Assembly: GCA_049115635.1 (NCBI GenBank)
Contig: JAGDZT010000002.1
Location: 366,568-430,567 of the forward strand
DNA: 64,000 nt
Direction: 5' to 3'
Source: Flavobacteriaceae bacterium
GTDB taxonomy: Bacteria; Bacteroidota; Bacteroidia; Flavobacteriales; Flavobacteriaceae
Below the pieces are notes generated by a model. That model saw nothing but the letters and a program-made list of their open reading frames with translations. It was not told the DNA's origin and searched no databases. Each line of letters begins with the position of its first letter. The first letter of the stretch is position 1. The position numbers and the translations under genes are program-made. Shown one piece after another: positions 19,847 through 28,228 of this stretch.

Positions 19847-21172
19847 TTAATACTTCCATTCTTTATACTTATTCCTGAGCTTTTGAGCTATCTTTTCCAA
19901 TTCAATATTTTGACGTCTTACAGAGTAATATGCTTTATAATAAGCAGGTCTTTGGTTAACTATTTTATTTACATAGTAATAATAAAAAAGAGCACTTTCA
20001 TACTTAGATTTAGGTTTTCTATTAGCTTTTGCAGACAGTTGAAAAGATTTTAATATGTTAGATCTAAGCTTTTTGAACTGCCCAGTAAAATGTATATCAT
20101 TTAGTTCATTATTAATTTTACCATCTGATCCATATATTTTTAAGTCTGAATTAGATACCTTAATTAGTAATCTTTTATAAGGTAATGGATTTTTGGTTTT
20201 TGATTTGTAGACTTCTAATAAAGTATAGGGATAAGTATCAATTTCGTTTTTAAATTTTAGGAATCCTTCATCATTCATCGTTCTCAAATATACTTCGCCG
20301 TGATAAGGACTATTTTCAGGATATTTTACTAAAAGTTCAGAATTTTCATACCTTAATCTATCACTGTATTCTTCATTAGAAAATTCATCTTTCCAATTGT
20401 ACTTTTCTTTTAAAAAAATGAATTTTAGTGTATCATCAGTAATATATAAGTCTCTAGAAATTATATGCGGTGTAGCTCTATAATCGATAAAACGTGGCAT
20501 CCATTTCTTTAATTCCTGCGAGTTTCTTTTATTCTTTTCACTAAGCTTAGTTATTAAATCTTCGTATTTTCCACGATCTCCAAACTTGTTATCAGCATAT
20601 TCTTTAAGACTTTTAAGCTCTTTGGTCACATCGCTACTAATATTTTTACTTTTTAGATACTTCTCAAAAGTAATATCTGGGATAGGATTGAAAAAACTAG
20701 TAGAAATATTTATTCCTTCATGTATTTTGTTTTTTTCTGTAGAAATAATTTTAAGGCCATCATTTTTGAAAACATAATTATCGCTTTTATAATTATAAAC
20801 ACAACATAAAGATTTAAAATTAGTAGTCGATTGATAGGAGTCAACAGTTTTCTTTACTCTTGAGTTAGCATATCTTCTGTTTGTTAAGACTCCTGTATCA
20901 TAAATAAATTCTTTGATTTTCTTCTTTTTATAAGTTTCAGTATATTTTATAAATTGAATAAATTTTAAATCTCCTTCAGTCTCTTCATATGTCAAATAAT
21001 ATATACCAATATCTACCTTTCTGTTTTTAGGCTTTGCCCCCTTTTTCTTAGATATTGCTATCATGGTTTTTCCCTTGAATTCAAATACAGATATTTTTTT
21101 TTGAGCATTTAATGCTGCTAATGATAAAAATAATGTAATAAGAGTTAAAAATATTTTCATGGCTTTTTTCAT
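19847..21172 (-). CDS. Secreted Lys/Tyr-rich hypothetical protein
   Basis: Long ORF with signal peptide (ATG 21172 or 21160); no family recognised. Confidence 0.7.
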   Translation of the reverse strand: MKKAMKIFLTLITLFLSLAALNAQKKISVFEFKGKTMIAISKKKGAKPKNRKVDIGIYYLTYEETEGDLKFIQFIKYTETYKKKKIKEFIYDTGVLTNRRYANSRVKKTVDSYQSTTNFKSLCCVYNYKSDNYVFKNDGLKIISTEKNKIHEGINISTSFFNPIPDITFEKYLKSKNISSDVTKELKSLKEYADNKFGDRGKYEDLITKLSEKNKRNSQELKKWMPRFIDYRATPHIISRDLYITDDTLKFIFLKEKYNWKDEFSNEEYSDRLRYENSELLVKYPENSPYHGEVYLRTMNDEGFLKFKNEIDTYPYTLLEVYKSKTKNPLPYKRLLIKVSNSDLKIYGSDGKINNELNDIHFTGQFKKLRSNILKSFQLSAKANRKPKSKYESALFYYYYVNKIVNQRPAYYKAYYSVRRQNIELEKIAQKLRNKYKEWKY

Positions 21173-21184
21173 TTTTGTAATTAT

Positions 21185-21245
21185 TGCCAACTATATTGAT
21201 ATGATGAGTTTCAATTCATGATATCAGACGATAACGAAGTTAGTA
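21185..21245 (-). other. attC-like site
   Basis: Minus strand TACTAAC...tgatat.atga/tcat.atatca...GTTGGCA; 61 bp, just upstream of the next start codon. Confidence 0.5.
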
Positions 21246-21274
21246 GAAAATAAAATAAGAATCAAACGATATAA

Positions 21275-21772
21275 CTAATGCTTTAAATACTTTTTAGGAA
21301 TGCCTGCTTTACCATTCGAACTCATGGTCCAAACCATATTCGCAATCCACCAACGCCCGCCTGAATAAATAAGTTGATAACTATTCACACCCCAAGCTTC
21401 TTCTCCTTCTGAATCTTTACCATAAAAACTCTGAATGACTTGAGCAATTCCGTTGTATTGCTCAACAATTTCACCTTTCCCAGTTTCAAAATAACCGTTG
21501 GAATAATATGTGTCAGCTAGCGTTTCAATAAACTCGTTTAAACTCATGGTTTCATGGAGCTTCTTCCCATTTTCTTCTCCCACAACTGTAAAATGTGCAG
21601 TAGGAAGAAATAAGGTTCTAAAATAGGCTGTATCTATTTGTTGCCCTTTTTTAATAGAAACTACTTTTTGAGTTTCCTCTACTAAGCTCTTTACATCTTG
21701 AAAGACTTTTTTGTTTTGAGCTGTTATATGCAATGACAAACTAATACTAAGTAATAAGATAATTTTTTTCAT
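21275..21772 (-). CDS. NTF2-like secreted hypothetical protein
   Basis: Signal peptide; LFLPTA, GVNSYQL and RWWIANMVW pattern. Confidence 0.7.
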   Translation of the reverse strand: MKKIILLLSISLSLHITAQNKKVFQDVKSLVEETQKVVSIKKGQQIDTAYFRTLFLPTAHFTVVGEENGKKLHETMSLNEFIETLADTYYSNGYFETGKGEIVEQYNGIAQVIQSFYGKDSEGEEAWGVNSYQLIYSGGRWWIANMVWTMSSNGKAGIPKKYLKH

Positions 21773-21869
21773 AATCGTTTGGTTTGAGCTTAAAATTAGA
21801 AAAGATTCTTACCTTGAGGGCAAGAATTTGTTAATTAACAAGATTTTAAAATAGTGTTCACATATTTTT

Positions 21870-22826
21870 ATGAAGTCAAAAAATAAGGGAAAACCTTTAT
21901 GGTATCGTGCTTTAATAAGCCTATTGGTATTGCTTCTATTGCTAGGAGTATTGGGCTACTACTCAGACATTCCTGTAGAAGAATTACAAAAAAACTATGC
22001 AGACAACGCTTCACAATTTGCAAAGTTTGAGAACGGATTTAAAGTACATTATAAAGATGAAGGCAAAGGAATGCCCATTGTTTTAGTGCATGGTACCGCA
22101 TCGTCATTACATACCTGGGATGCTTGGGCTAACGAGCTTAAGAAAGAATATAGAGTTATTCGGATGGATATTCCAGGCTTTGGATTAACAGGACCCAATC
22201 CGGAAAGAGATTATAGCATAAAAAAATACACTCAATTTTTAGATGAATTCCTAACTAAAATTGAAATCGACAGTATGTACTTAGTTGGAAACTCTTTAGG
22301 TGGAAATATTGCATGGAATTATACTGCTGAACATCTTTCGAAAGTAAAGAAATTAGTATTGGTAGATGCCAGTGGCATTCCTACAGGAAAAGAGCAGCCC
22401 TGGATTTTTAAACTGGCTAAGACACCTATTCTAAATAAATTATTCTTAGGCATTACGCCAAAATTTATCATTAGAAAAAACTTAGAACAAGTATATGTAG
22501 ACCATCATAAAATTACAGATGAATTGATTACAAGATATCATCAACTTGCCTTAAGAGAAGGAAACCGACAGGCTTTTATAGACAGAGCGAATATCGATTT
22601 TAAAAAAGGAGATACGTTACGCTTAAGTAAAATAAAAACGATTGAAACTAAAACTTTGGTTTTGTGGGGCGAGAAAGATACTTGGATTCCTCTAGATAAT
22701 GCACATAAATTTATGAAGTTACTTCCCAATGCAGAGCTCACTGTGTTAAAAGAAACAGGGCATGTTCCAATGGAAGAAAATCCTATAGTGAGTTTACAAA
22801 AAACCTTAGTGTTTCTTAAAAAATAG
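21870..22826 (+). CDS. Alpha/beta hydrolase
   Basis: HGTASS, DIPGFG, GNSLGG nucleophile elbow, WGEKD, GHVPMEE; N-terminal TM anchor. Confidence 0.93.
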   Translation: MKSKNKGKPLWYRALISLLVLLLLLGVLGYYSDIPVEELQKNYADNASQFAKFENGFKVHYKDEGKGMPIVLVHGTASSLHTWDAWANELKKEYRVIRMDIPGFGLTGPNPERDYSIKKYTQFLDEFLTKIEIDSMYLVGNSLGGNIAWNYTAEHLSKVKKLVLVDASGIPTGKEQPWIFKLAKTPILNKLFLGITPKFIIRKNLEQVYVDHHKITDELITRYHQLALREGNRQAFIDRANIDFKKGDTLRLSKIKTIETKTLVLWGEKDTWIPLDNAHKFMKLLPNAELTVLKETGHVPMEENPIVSLQKTLVFLKK

Positions 22827-22828
22827 CA

Positions 22829-23548
22829 TCATTTTTTAGAGCTAAATTGTTTCGCTATCTCCATGCAAAATTCGCCATCTTTTTTCTTAATTAAAAACGT
22901 ACTATGGTCTATTTTAGAGGGCAATTCATGTAATAAACTTGCCGCAAAAACGGAAGCAGTTAAATAAGCTCCTAGTTGATTAGGATGACTCCCATCTGGA
23001 GTATATAAGCTAATATTTGGACGTAACTTTTTAGCCATTGCCCAAGCATTACCCACAGGAACTAATGTGGCCTTATTTGCAGTTGCTATTTCTGTATACA
23101 CTCTAGTAATATCCTTTTGACGCTCAGGTGTTTTTTTACGGGCCCAAGTCATATAAAAATAAGGTTCTGCATTATGCTTCTTGATGTAATCTGAAAACAA
23201 TTTAGAATATTTTTTAAGTGTATCAGGGCGTTTTAAAGCAGCCATACTTTGTCCTTGAAGGACAACAATATCAAAAGCTCCGTTTTTAATAATTTCTTTA
23301 GTCTTCATTCCGCGTTGTCCCAACCAATGTTCTCTTAATCTAGCACCTCCTGGTGCACTCATTTGTGTAGTGATTTTTGTTTGAGTGTTCTTAGAAAAAG
23401 CACTAAGCATTTTGGGCATCTCTTGAAAATAGGTATAACTATTTCCAACAAATAATATATGAAGTGTATCCTTTTTTGTTTGCGAAAAAAGAGATGCACT
23501 TAGAAAAAGGACAATAATTGATAAGATAAACTTCTTATAGTTATTCAT
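22829..23548 (-). CDS. SGNH/GDSL-type hydrolase (DUF4886-like)
   Basis: VGNSYT block I, VVLQGQS, DGSHP catalytic D-x-x-H; signal peptide. Confidence 0.85.
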   Translation of the reverse strand: MNNYKKFILSIIVLFLSASLFSQTKKDTLHILFVGNSYTYFQEMPKMLSAFSKNTQTKITTQMSAPGGARLREHWLGQRGMKTKEIIKNGAFDIVVLQGQSMAALKRPDTLKKYSKLFSDYIKKHNAEPYFYMTWARKKTPERQKDITRVYTEIATANKATLVPVGNAWAMAKKLRPNISLYTPDGSHPNQLGAYLTASVFAASLLHELPSKIDHSTFLIKKKDGEFCMEIAKQFSSKK

Positions 23549-24218
23549 CTGATGTTGCCATTTTATCTATTTCTTCTTGTGTAAAAGCTCTGAAAGAAAA
23601 TTTATATCCTTCATAAGCAGCAATTCCATAAAAAACGATATCCATAACGCTAAAAGATTCGGCCATTACAGGAAATAATAGAGAATAATCAATTTGAGTA
23701 AGGGCTTCAAAATATGTTAGATTTTCATATTCAGCAGCAAAGCCTATAATACTTAACAAGTTGCCTAAAACACAACTTAATATAGCCACAATTGCTCCAG
23801 TAATACCAAAGATTTGATCCACTCCTTTTCCAAAGTATCGCATAGAATATCCTACCCCTGCACCAATAGCAATAGCCATATATCCAATCTGATATTGAGT
23901 AGCAACTGTAATAGCTGCCCATAAAGCAGCTCCGATGAGCCCAACTATAATTCCAGAAAACAAAGCAGCTTGAAAGTTTTGTTCTAACCTAAACGTATCT
24001 AAAAACTTCTCAGAAACACTGGCTATAATTTTATGGTTTTGTTCAACAATAGCTTCTTCTGATATAGTTTCTTTTACGTGCTCATCTAAGTTAAAGCTTG
24101 GACATTCGTCTTTAAAATCTGGTTTTCTACTAGTTAGATTACACAAGATTCCTTGTTGTAAATCCATTTTTCGGTTGGTACATTTTTTACAAAATGTAAG
24201 TTGCTGATCTAATGTCAT
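23541..24218 (-). CDS. Hypothetical membrane protein with Cys-rich N-terminus
   Basis: CKKC...C...C N-terminal motif plus 4 Gly-rich TM helices. Confidence 0.75.
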   Translation of the reverse strand: MTLDQQLTFCKKCTNRKMDLQQGILCNLTSRKPDFKDECPSFNLDEHVKETISEEAIVEQNHKIIASVSEKFLDTFRLEQNFQAALFSGIIVGLIGAALWAAITVATQYQIGYMAIAIGAGVGYSMRYFGKGVDQIFGITGAIVAILSCVLGNLLSIIGFAAEYENLTYFEALTQIDYSLLFPVMAESFSVMDIVFYGIAAYEGYKFSFRAFTQEEIDKMATSDE

Positions 24219-24307
24219 AGCTTTTTTTTAAGTTAGTTATGAGCAAGATATATTTTTTGCTTAGAAATAACAAATGGAGAAGCTATCTTTACCAATAAAT
24301 AAATCAC

Positions 24308-24700
24308 ATGAATATAGAACAACTTCGTAATTACTGTATTACAAAAAAAGGAGTCACAGAAGAATTTCCTTTTGATAATGATACACTTGTTTTTAAAGTA
24401 ATGGGTAAAATGTTTGTGATAGTTCCCTTAGATAGATGGGAAAAAGGAGAAGAGCTCACTGTTTTAAAATTAGATCCAGATTGGGCTTTAGAACTTAGAG
24501 ATGCTTATGATGGAATTATCGGCGGGTTTCAACAAGGGAGAAAACCTGATGCAAAATATGTGAATGTAAAGCATTGGAATACGATTAAAAATAACAAAGA
24601 CGTATCGGATCAATTTTTTAAGGAATTAATTACGCACTCATACGATACAGTGGTAAAAGGCCTCACCAAAAAAGTGAAATCTGAATTGAAGAACCTTTAA
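24308..24700 (+). CDS. MmcQ/YjbR family DNA-binding protein
   Basis: EEFPFD, FKVMGKMF, KHWNT, SYDTV. Confidence 0.88.
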   Translation: MNIEQLRNYCITKKGVTEEFPFDNDTLVFKVMGKMFVIVPLDRWEKGEELTVLKLDPDWALELRDAYDGIIGGFQQGRKPDAKYVNVKHWNTIKNNKDVSDQFFKELITHSYDTVVKGLTKKVKSELKNL

Positions 24701-25539
24701 AGTTTTAATCGATACTTGGTTGGAGAAACTTCTTTAAGTTTTTTAAACTGTCTGTTAAAATTCGAGATATTTTGAAACCCTACTTTCTCGGCAATCTCAA
24801 CAATAGATAATTCACGATTACTTAACAACAACTTGCTAGCATTTTCTATCCTAAGCTCATTTAAAAACTGAACATAGGTTTTATTTGTTCTTTTTTTAAA
24901 ATACTTACAAAAAGCATTTTTTGTCATTGCAGCTACTTCAGCGATTTTGGATAAAGAGATGGTTTCATGAAAATGCTCCATAGTAAAACTCATTATATCT
25001 TGCATTCTTTTTCCTTCGTTAGCAGAATAACTTTTCCGATAATTATAAGAAGACAAAGCTTGTTTCTTTGCTTTAGTAAATGTTTTTAATATCTGCAGAA
25101 AGAGAATAAAGCGCTCTAGTTGATTACTCTTTTTAATGTTAAGAAAAGAATCCGCTAATAATTTTTTGTGAGACAATACTTTAAAACCATTGTCAATTTT
25201 ATGGAAGAAAGATTTGACCTCTGATAATTCTTCTAAATCAAAGAAACTGTTGCCAAATCCATTTTTAGTGAAAAACAATGTCAACATATGAGACTTTACA
25301 GAAGCGTTCTTTTCACTCTTAAATAGATGTGGTAGGTTTCCTCCAATAGCCAAAATATCTCCCTTTCGATAATGAGAAATGGTATCACCCACAATCAAAG
25401 TACCTTCGCCCTCTAGAATATAGCTCAACTGAATTTCCTGATGTTGATGTAACTTGTCATAGAAGATATACTCATAATCCTCTTGATAAATTAGAGCATC
25501 ATTTGTGGGTTTCGGTATTTCAAAAGGTAAGGCCTTCAT
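24697..25539 (-). CDS. AraC family regulator, likely of the hydroxyproline operon
   Basis: Cupin N-terminus (LHQHQEIQL), C-terminal double HTH (FCKYFKK, GFQNISNFNRQFK); divergent from operon. Confidence 0.93.
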   Translation of the reverse strand: MKALPFEIPKPTNDALIYQEDYEYIFYDKLHQHQEIQLSYILEGEGTLIVGDTISHYRKGDILAIGGNLPHLFKSEKNASVKSHMLTLFFTKNGFGNSFFDLEELSEVKSFFHKIDNGFKVLSHKKLLADSFLNIKKSNQLERFILFLQILKTFTKAKKQALSSYNYRKSYSANEGKRMQDIMSFTMEHFHETISLSKIAEVAAMTKNAFCKYFKKRTNKTYVQFLNELRIENASKLLLSNRELSIVEIAEKVGFQNISNFNRQFKKLKEVSPTKYRLKL

Positions 25540-25719
25540 ATTGTCAGTTGCAAATTATTAGTTTTCACACGCTCATCCTATATTTAAAATTATGTAAATA
25601 ATATTCAATATAATGATATTTAATTAAAAATAAGATAATATAGTATCAATAATGGATAAACAAAGAATACTCAATAGATAATAGAGCACTTAATTTTATA
25701 CTTTTAAAAAATACAATCA

Positions 25720-26634
25720 ATGAGTATAGCATGGAAAGGCATAATGCCAGCAGTAACAACAAAGTTTTCTAAGGATGATACTTTAGATTTAAAGATGTTT
25801 GAAACAAATATTAAAGTTCAATTAGACGCGGGAGTGCATGGGATTGTTTTAGGCGGAACATTAGGAGAAGCAAGCACTCTACTAGAATCAGAAAAGAGAT
25901 TATTAACAACTTGCACAGTAGATATCGTACAAGGTAAAGTTCCAATACTTATGAATATTGCAGAGCAATCTACAAAGGGAGCCATAGATGCGGCTCAAAA
26001 AGCAGAAGAGGACGGAGCCAATGGATTAATGATGTTGCCTCCAATGCGATACAAAGCTGGAGACAGAGAGACTGTTGAATACTTTAAGGCAGTTGCTAAT
26101 AGTACTTCGTTGCCAATTATGATTTATAATAATCCTGTTGATTATAAAATTGAAGTCACTTTAGATATGTTTGAAGACTTATTGGTATGTGAAAATATAG
26201 AAGCGGTAAAAGAGAGTACTAGAGATATCTCTAATGTAACACGAATTAAGAATCGATTTGGAGATCGACTAAAAATTATGACTGGGGTTGATACGGTTGC
26301 TTTAGAAAGTCTCTTGATGGGAGCAGACGGATGGATTGCAGGCTTAGTCTGTGCATTTCCAGCTGAGACAGTAGCAATTTATGAATTACAAAAAGCAGGT
26401 AGAATTCAAGAAGCTATCGAAATTTATCGTTGGTTTTTACCATTGTTAGAGTTAGATATTAATCCTAAATTAGTGCAGAATATTAAACTTGCCGAAGTCC
26501 ATACAGGCATTGGTACTGAAAATGTACGTGCGCCAAGATTACCATTATTTGGAGAAGAGCGAGCACATGTTTTAAAGGTGATAGAAGAGGGGTTGAGAAA
26601 CAGACCTATATTGCCAGACTATAAAAATCTATAA
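25720..26634 (+). CDS. DapA-family protein, likely pyrroline-4-hydroxy-2-carboxylate deaminase
   Basis: GTLGE, YNNP, AVKES Schiff-base Lys, TGVD; operon context. Confidence 0.88.
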   Translation: MSIAWKGIMPAVTTKFSKDDTLDLKMFETNIKVQLDAGVHGIVLGGTLGEASTLLESEKRLLTTCTVDIVQGKVPILMNIAEQSTKGAIDAAQKAEEDGANGLMMLPPMRYKAGDRETVEYFKAVANSTSLPIMIYNNPVDYKIEVTLDMFEDLLVCENIEAVKESTRDISNVTRIKNRFGDRLKIMTGVDTVALESLLMGADGWIAGLVCAFPAETVAIYELQKAGRIQEAIEIYRWFLPLLELDINPKLVQNIKLAEVHTGIGTENVRAPRLPLFGEERAHVLKVIEEGLRNRPILPDYKNL

Positions 26635-26635
26635 G

Positions 26636-28219
26636 ATGATTACTGGAAAAAATTATATTGGAAATGAATTGTCAGCAAATGGAATAAAAACCTATAAGAC
26701 ATTTAACCCGATAACAAATACTGAAAATAAAACGGTATTTACAGAAGCAACTTCTGAAGAAATTAATGAAGCAATCTCTCTAGCAACTCTTGCATTTAAA
26801 GAGTTTAGAAATACCTCTGGAAAACAAAAAGCTGCTTTTTTAAATGCTATTGCAGATGAAATTTTAGCTTTAGATGATTTATTGGTGCAAACATATTGTT
26901 CTGAAACAGGATTGCCAGAAGAAAGAGCAAAAGGAGAAAGAGGAAGAACTGTAGGGCAATTACGATCCTTTGCAACCTTGGTTGCAGAAGGGTCTTGGGT
27001 AGAGGCAGTAATAGATACCTCTATACCAGATAGAACTCCCATGCCAAAATCAGACATTCGTAAACTATTTGTGCCTTTAGGGCCTGTAGTTGTTTTTGGA
27101 GCAAGTAATTTTCCTTTAGCCTATTCTACAGCTGGAGGAGATACCGCTGCTGCACTTGCAGCTGGGTGTCCAGTAATTATAAAATCGCATCCAATGCATG
27201 CGGGTACAGGAGAATTGGTTTCAAGTGCAATTATAAAAGCCGCCAAAAAAACAGGAATGCCAAATGGCGTATTCTCTAATTTAAATAGTAGCGGAATAGA
27301 GGTAGGGCAACAATTAGTACTGCACCCTGAAGTAAAAGCAGTAGGTTTTACAGGAAGTATTAAAGGAGGAAGAGCTTTATATGACTTAGCAGCACAAAGG
27401 AAAGAACCTATTCCGGTTTTTGCAGAAATGGGAAGTATTAATCCCGTAGTAATTTTGCCAGAAGCATTAAAAGTTAGAGGAGACAATTTAGCAAAGACAT
27501 ACGCAGGTTCTATTACTTTAGGAACCGGTCAGTTTTGTACCAATCCAGGGTTAATTTTAGGAATTAAAAGTGATGAATTAACTGATTTTGCAAATGCTCT
27601 TGGAAGAGAAATTTTAACGATTCAGCCTTCTGTAATGCTCCACCCAAATATCATAAGAGCTTATGAGAACTATAAGAGTAAAGCCATGTCGCAATCAAAT
27701 ATAGAAATTGTTGCTACTTATGAGGATGAGGTACATGATAATTTTGCAAGACAGGTAATTATTACTGTTGATGGGAAAACATTTTTAGAGAATTCTACTT
27801 TACATCACGAAGTATTTGGACCTTTTTCATTAATTGTACAATGTGAAAACAAAGAAGAATTAGAAGCCATTATTACTGGCTTAGAAGGACAGTTAACGGG
27901 TACTATCATTTCAGAAAATAAGGAAGCTAATCAGTATTCAAAAGTGATAGCAGCATTACAAAATAGGGTTGGTAGAATTATCTTTAATGGAGTCCCAACT
28001 GGGGTAGAAGTATGCCCGTCAATGCTACACGGAGGACCTTATCCAGCATCTACCGACAGTCGATTTACTGCTGTAGGGATTCATTCTATTAAACGTTGGG
28101 TACGTCCATTTAGCTATCAAGATTGGCCCAATGATTTATTGCCAGATGCATTAAAAAACGAAAATCCATTGCAAATCTATAGGAATATTAATGGAGAGTT
28201 AAGTACTAATAACATTTAA
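26636..28219 (+). CDS. NADP+ aldehyde dehydrogenase (alpha-ketoglutaric semialdehyde dehydrogenase type)
   Basis: FGASNFPLA, GFTGS, AEMGSINP, GQFCTNPG, EVFGP, NGVPTGVEV, HGGPYPA. Confidence 0.92.
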   Translation: MITGKNYIGNELSANGIKTYKTFNPITNTENKTVFTEATSEEINEAISLATLAFKEFRNTSGKQKAAFLNAIADEILALDDLLVQTYCSETGLPEERAKGERGRTVGQLRSFATLVAEGSWVEAVIDTSIPDRTPMPKSDIRKLFVPLGPVVVFGASNFPLAYSTAGGDTAAALAAGCPVIIKSHPMHAGTGELVSSAIIKAAKKTGMPNGVFSNLNSSGIEVGQQLVLHPEVKAVGFTGSIKGGRALYDLAAQRKEPIPVFAEMGSINPVVILPEALKVRGDNLAKTYAGSITLGTGQFCTNPGLILGIKSDELTDFANALGREILTIQPSVMLHPNIIRAYENYKSKAMSQSNIEIVATYEDEVHDNFARQVIITVDGKTFLENSTLHHEVFGPFSLIVQCENKEELEAIITGLEGQLTGTIISENKEANQYSKVIAALQNRVGRIIFNGVPTGVEVCPSMLHGGPYPASTDSRFTAVGIHSIKRWVRPFSYQDWPNDLLPDALKNENPLQIYRNINGELSTNNI

Positions 28220-28228
28220 ACAAGAACT

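Noticed and set aside
25720-26634. dapA (lysine biosynthesis)
   Set aside because: GTLGE rather than GTTGE, and the hydroxyproline operon context points to a deaminase
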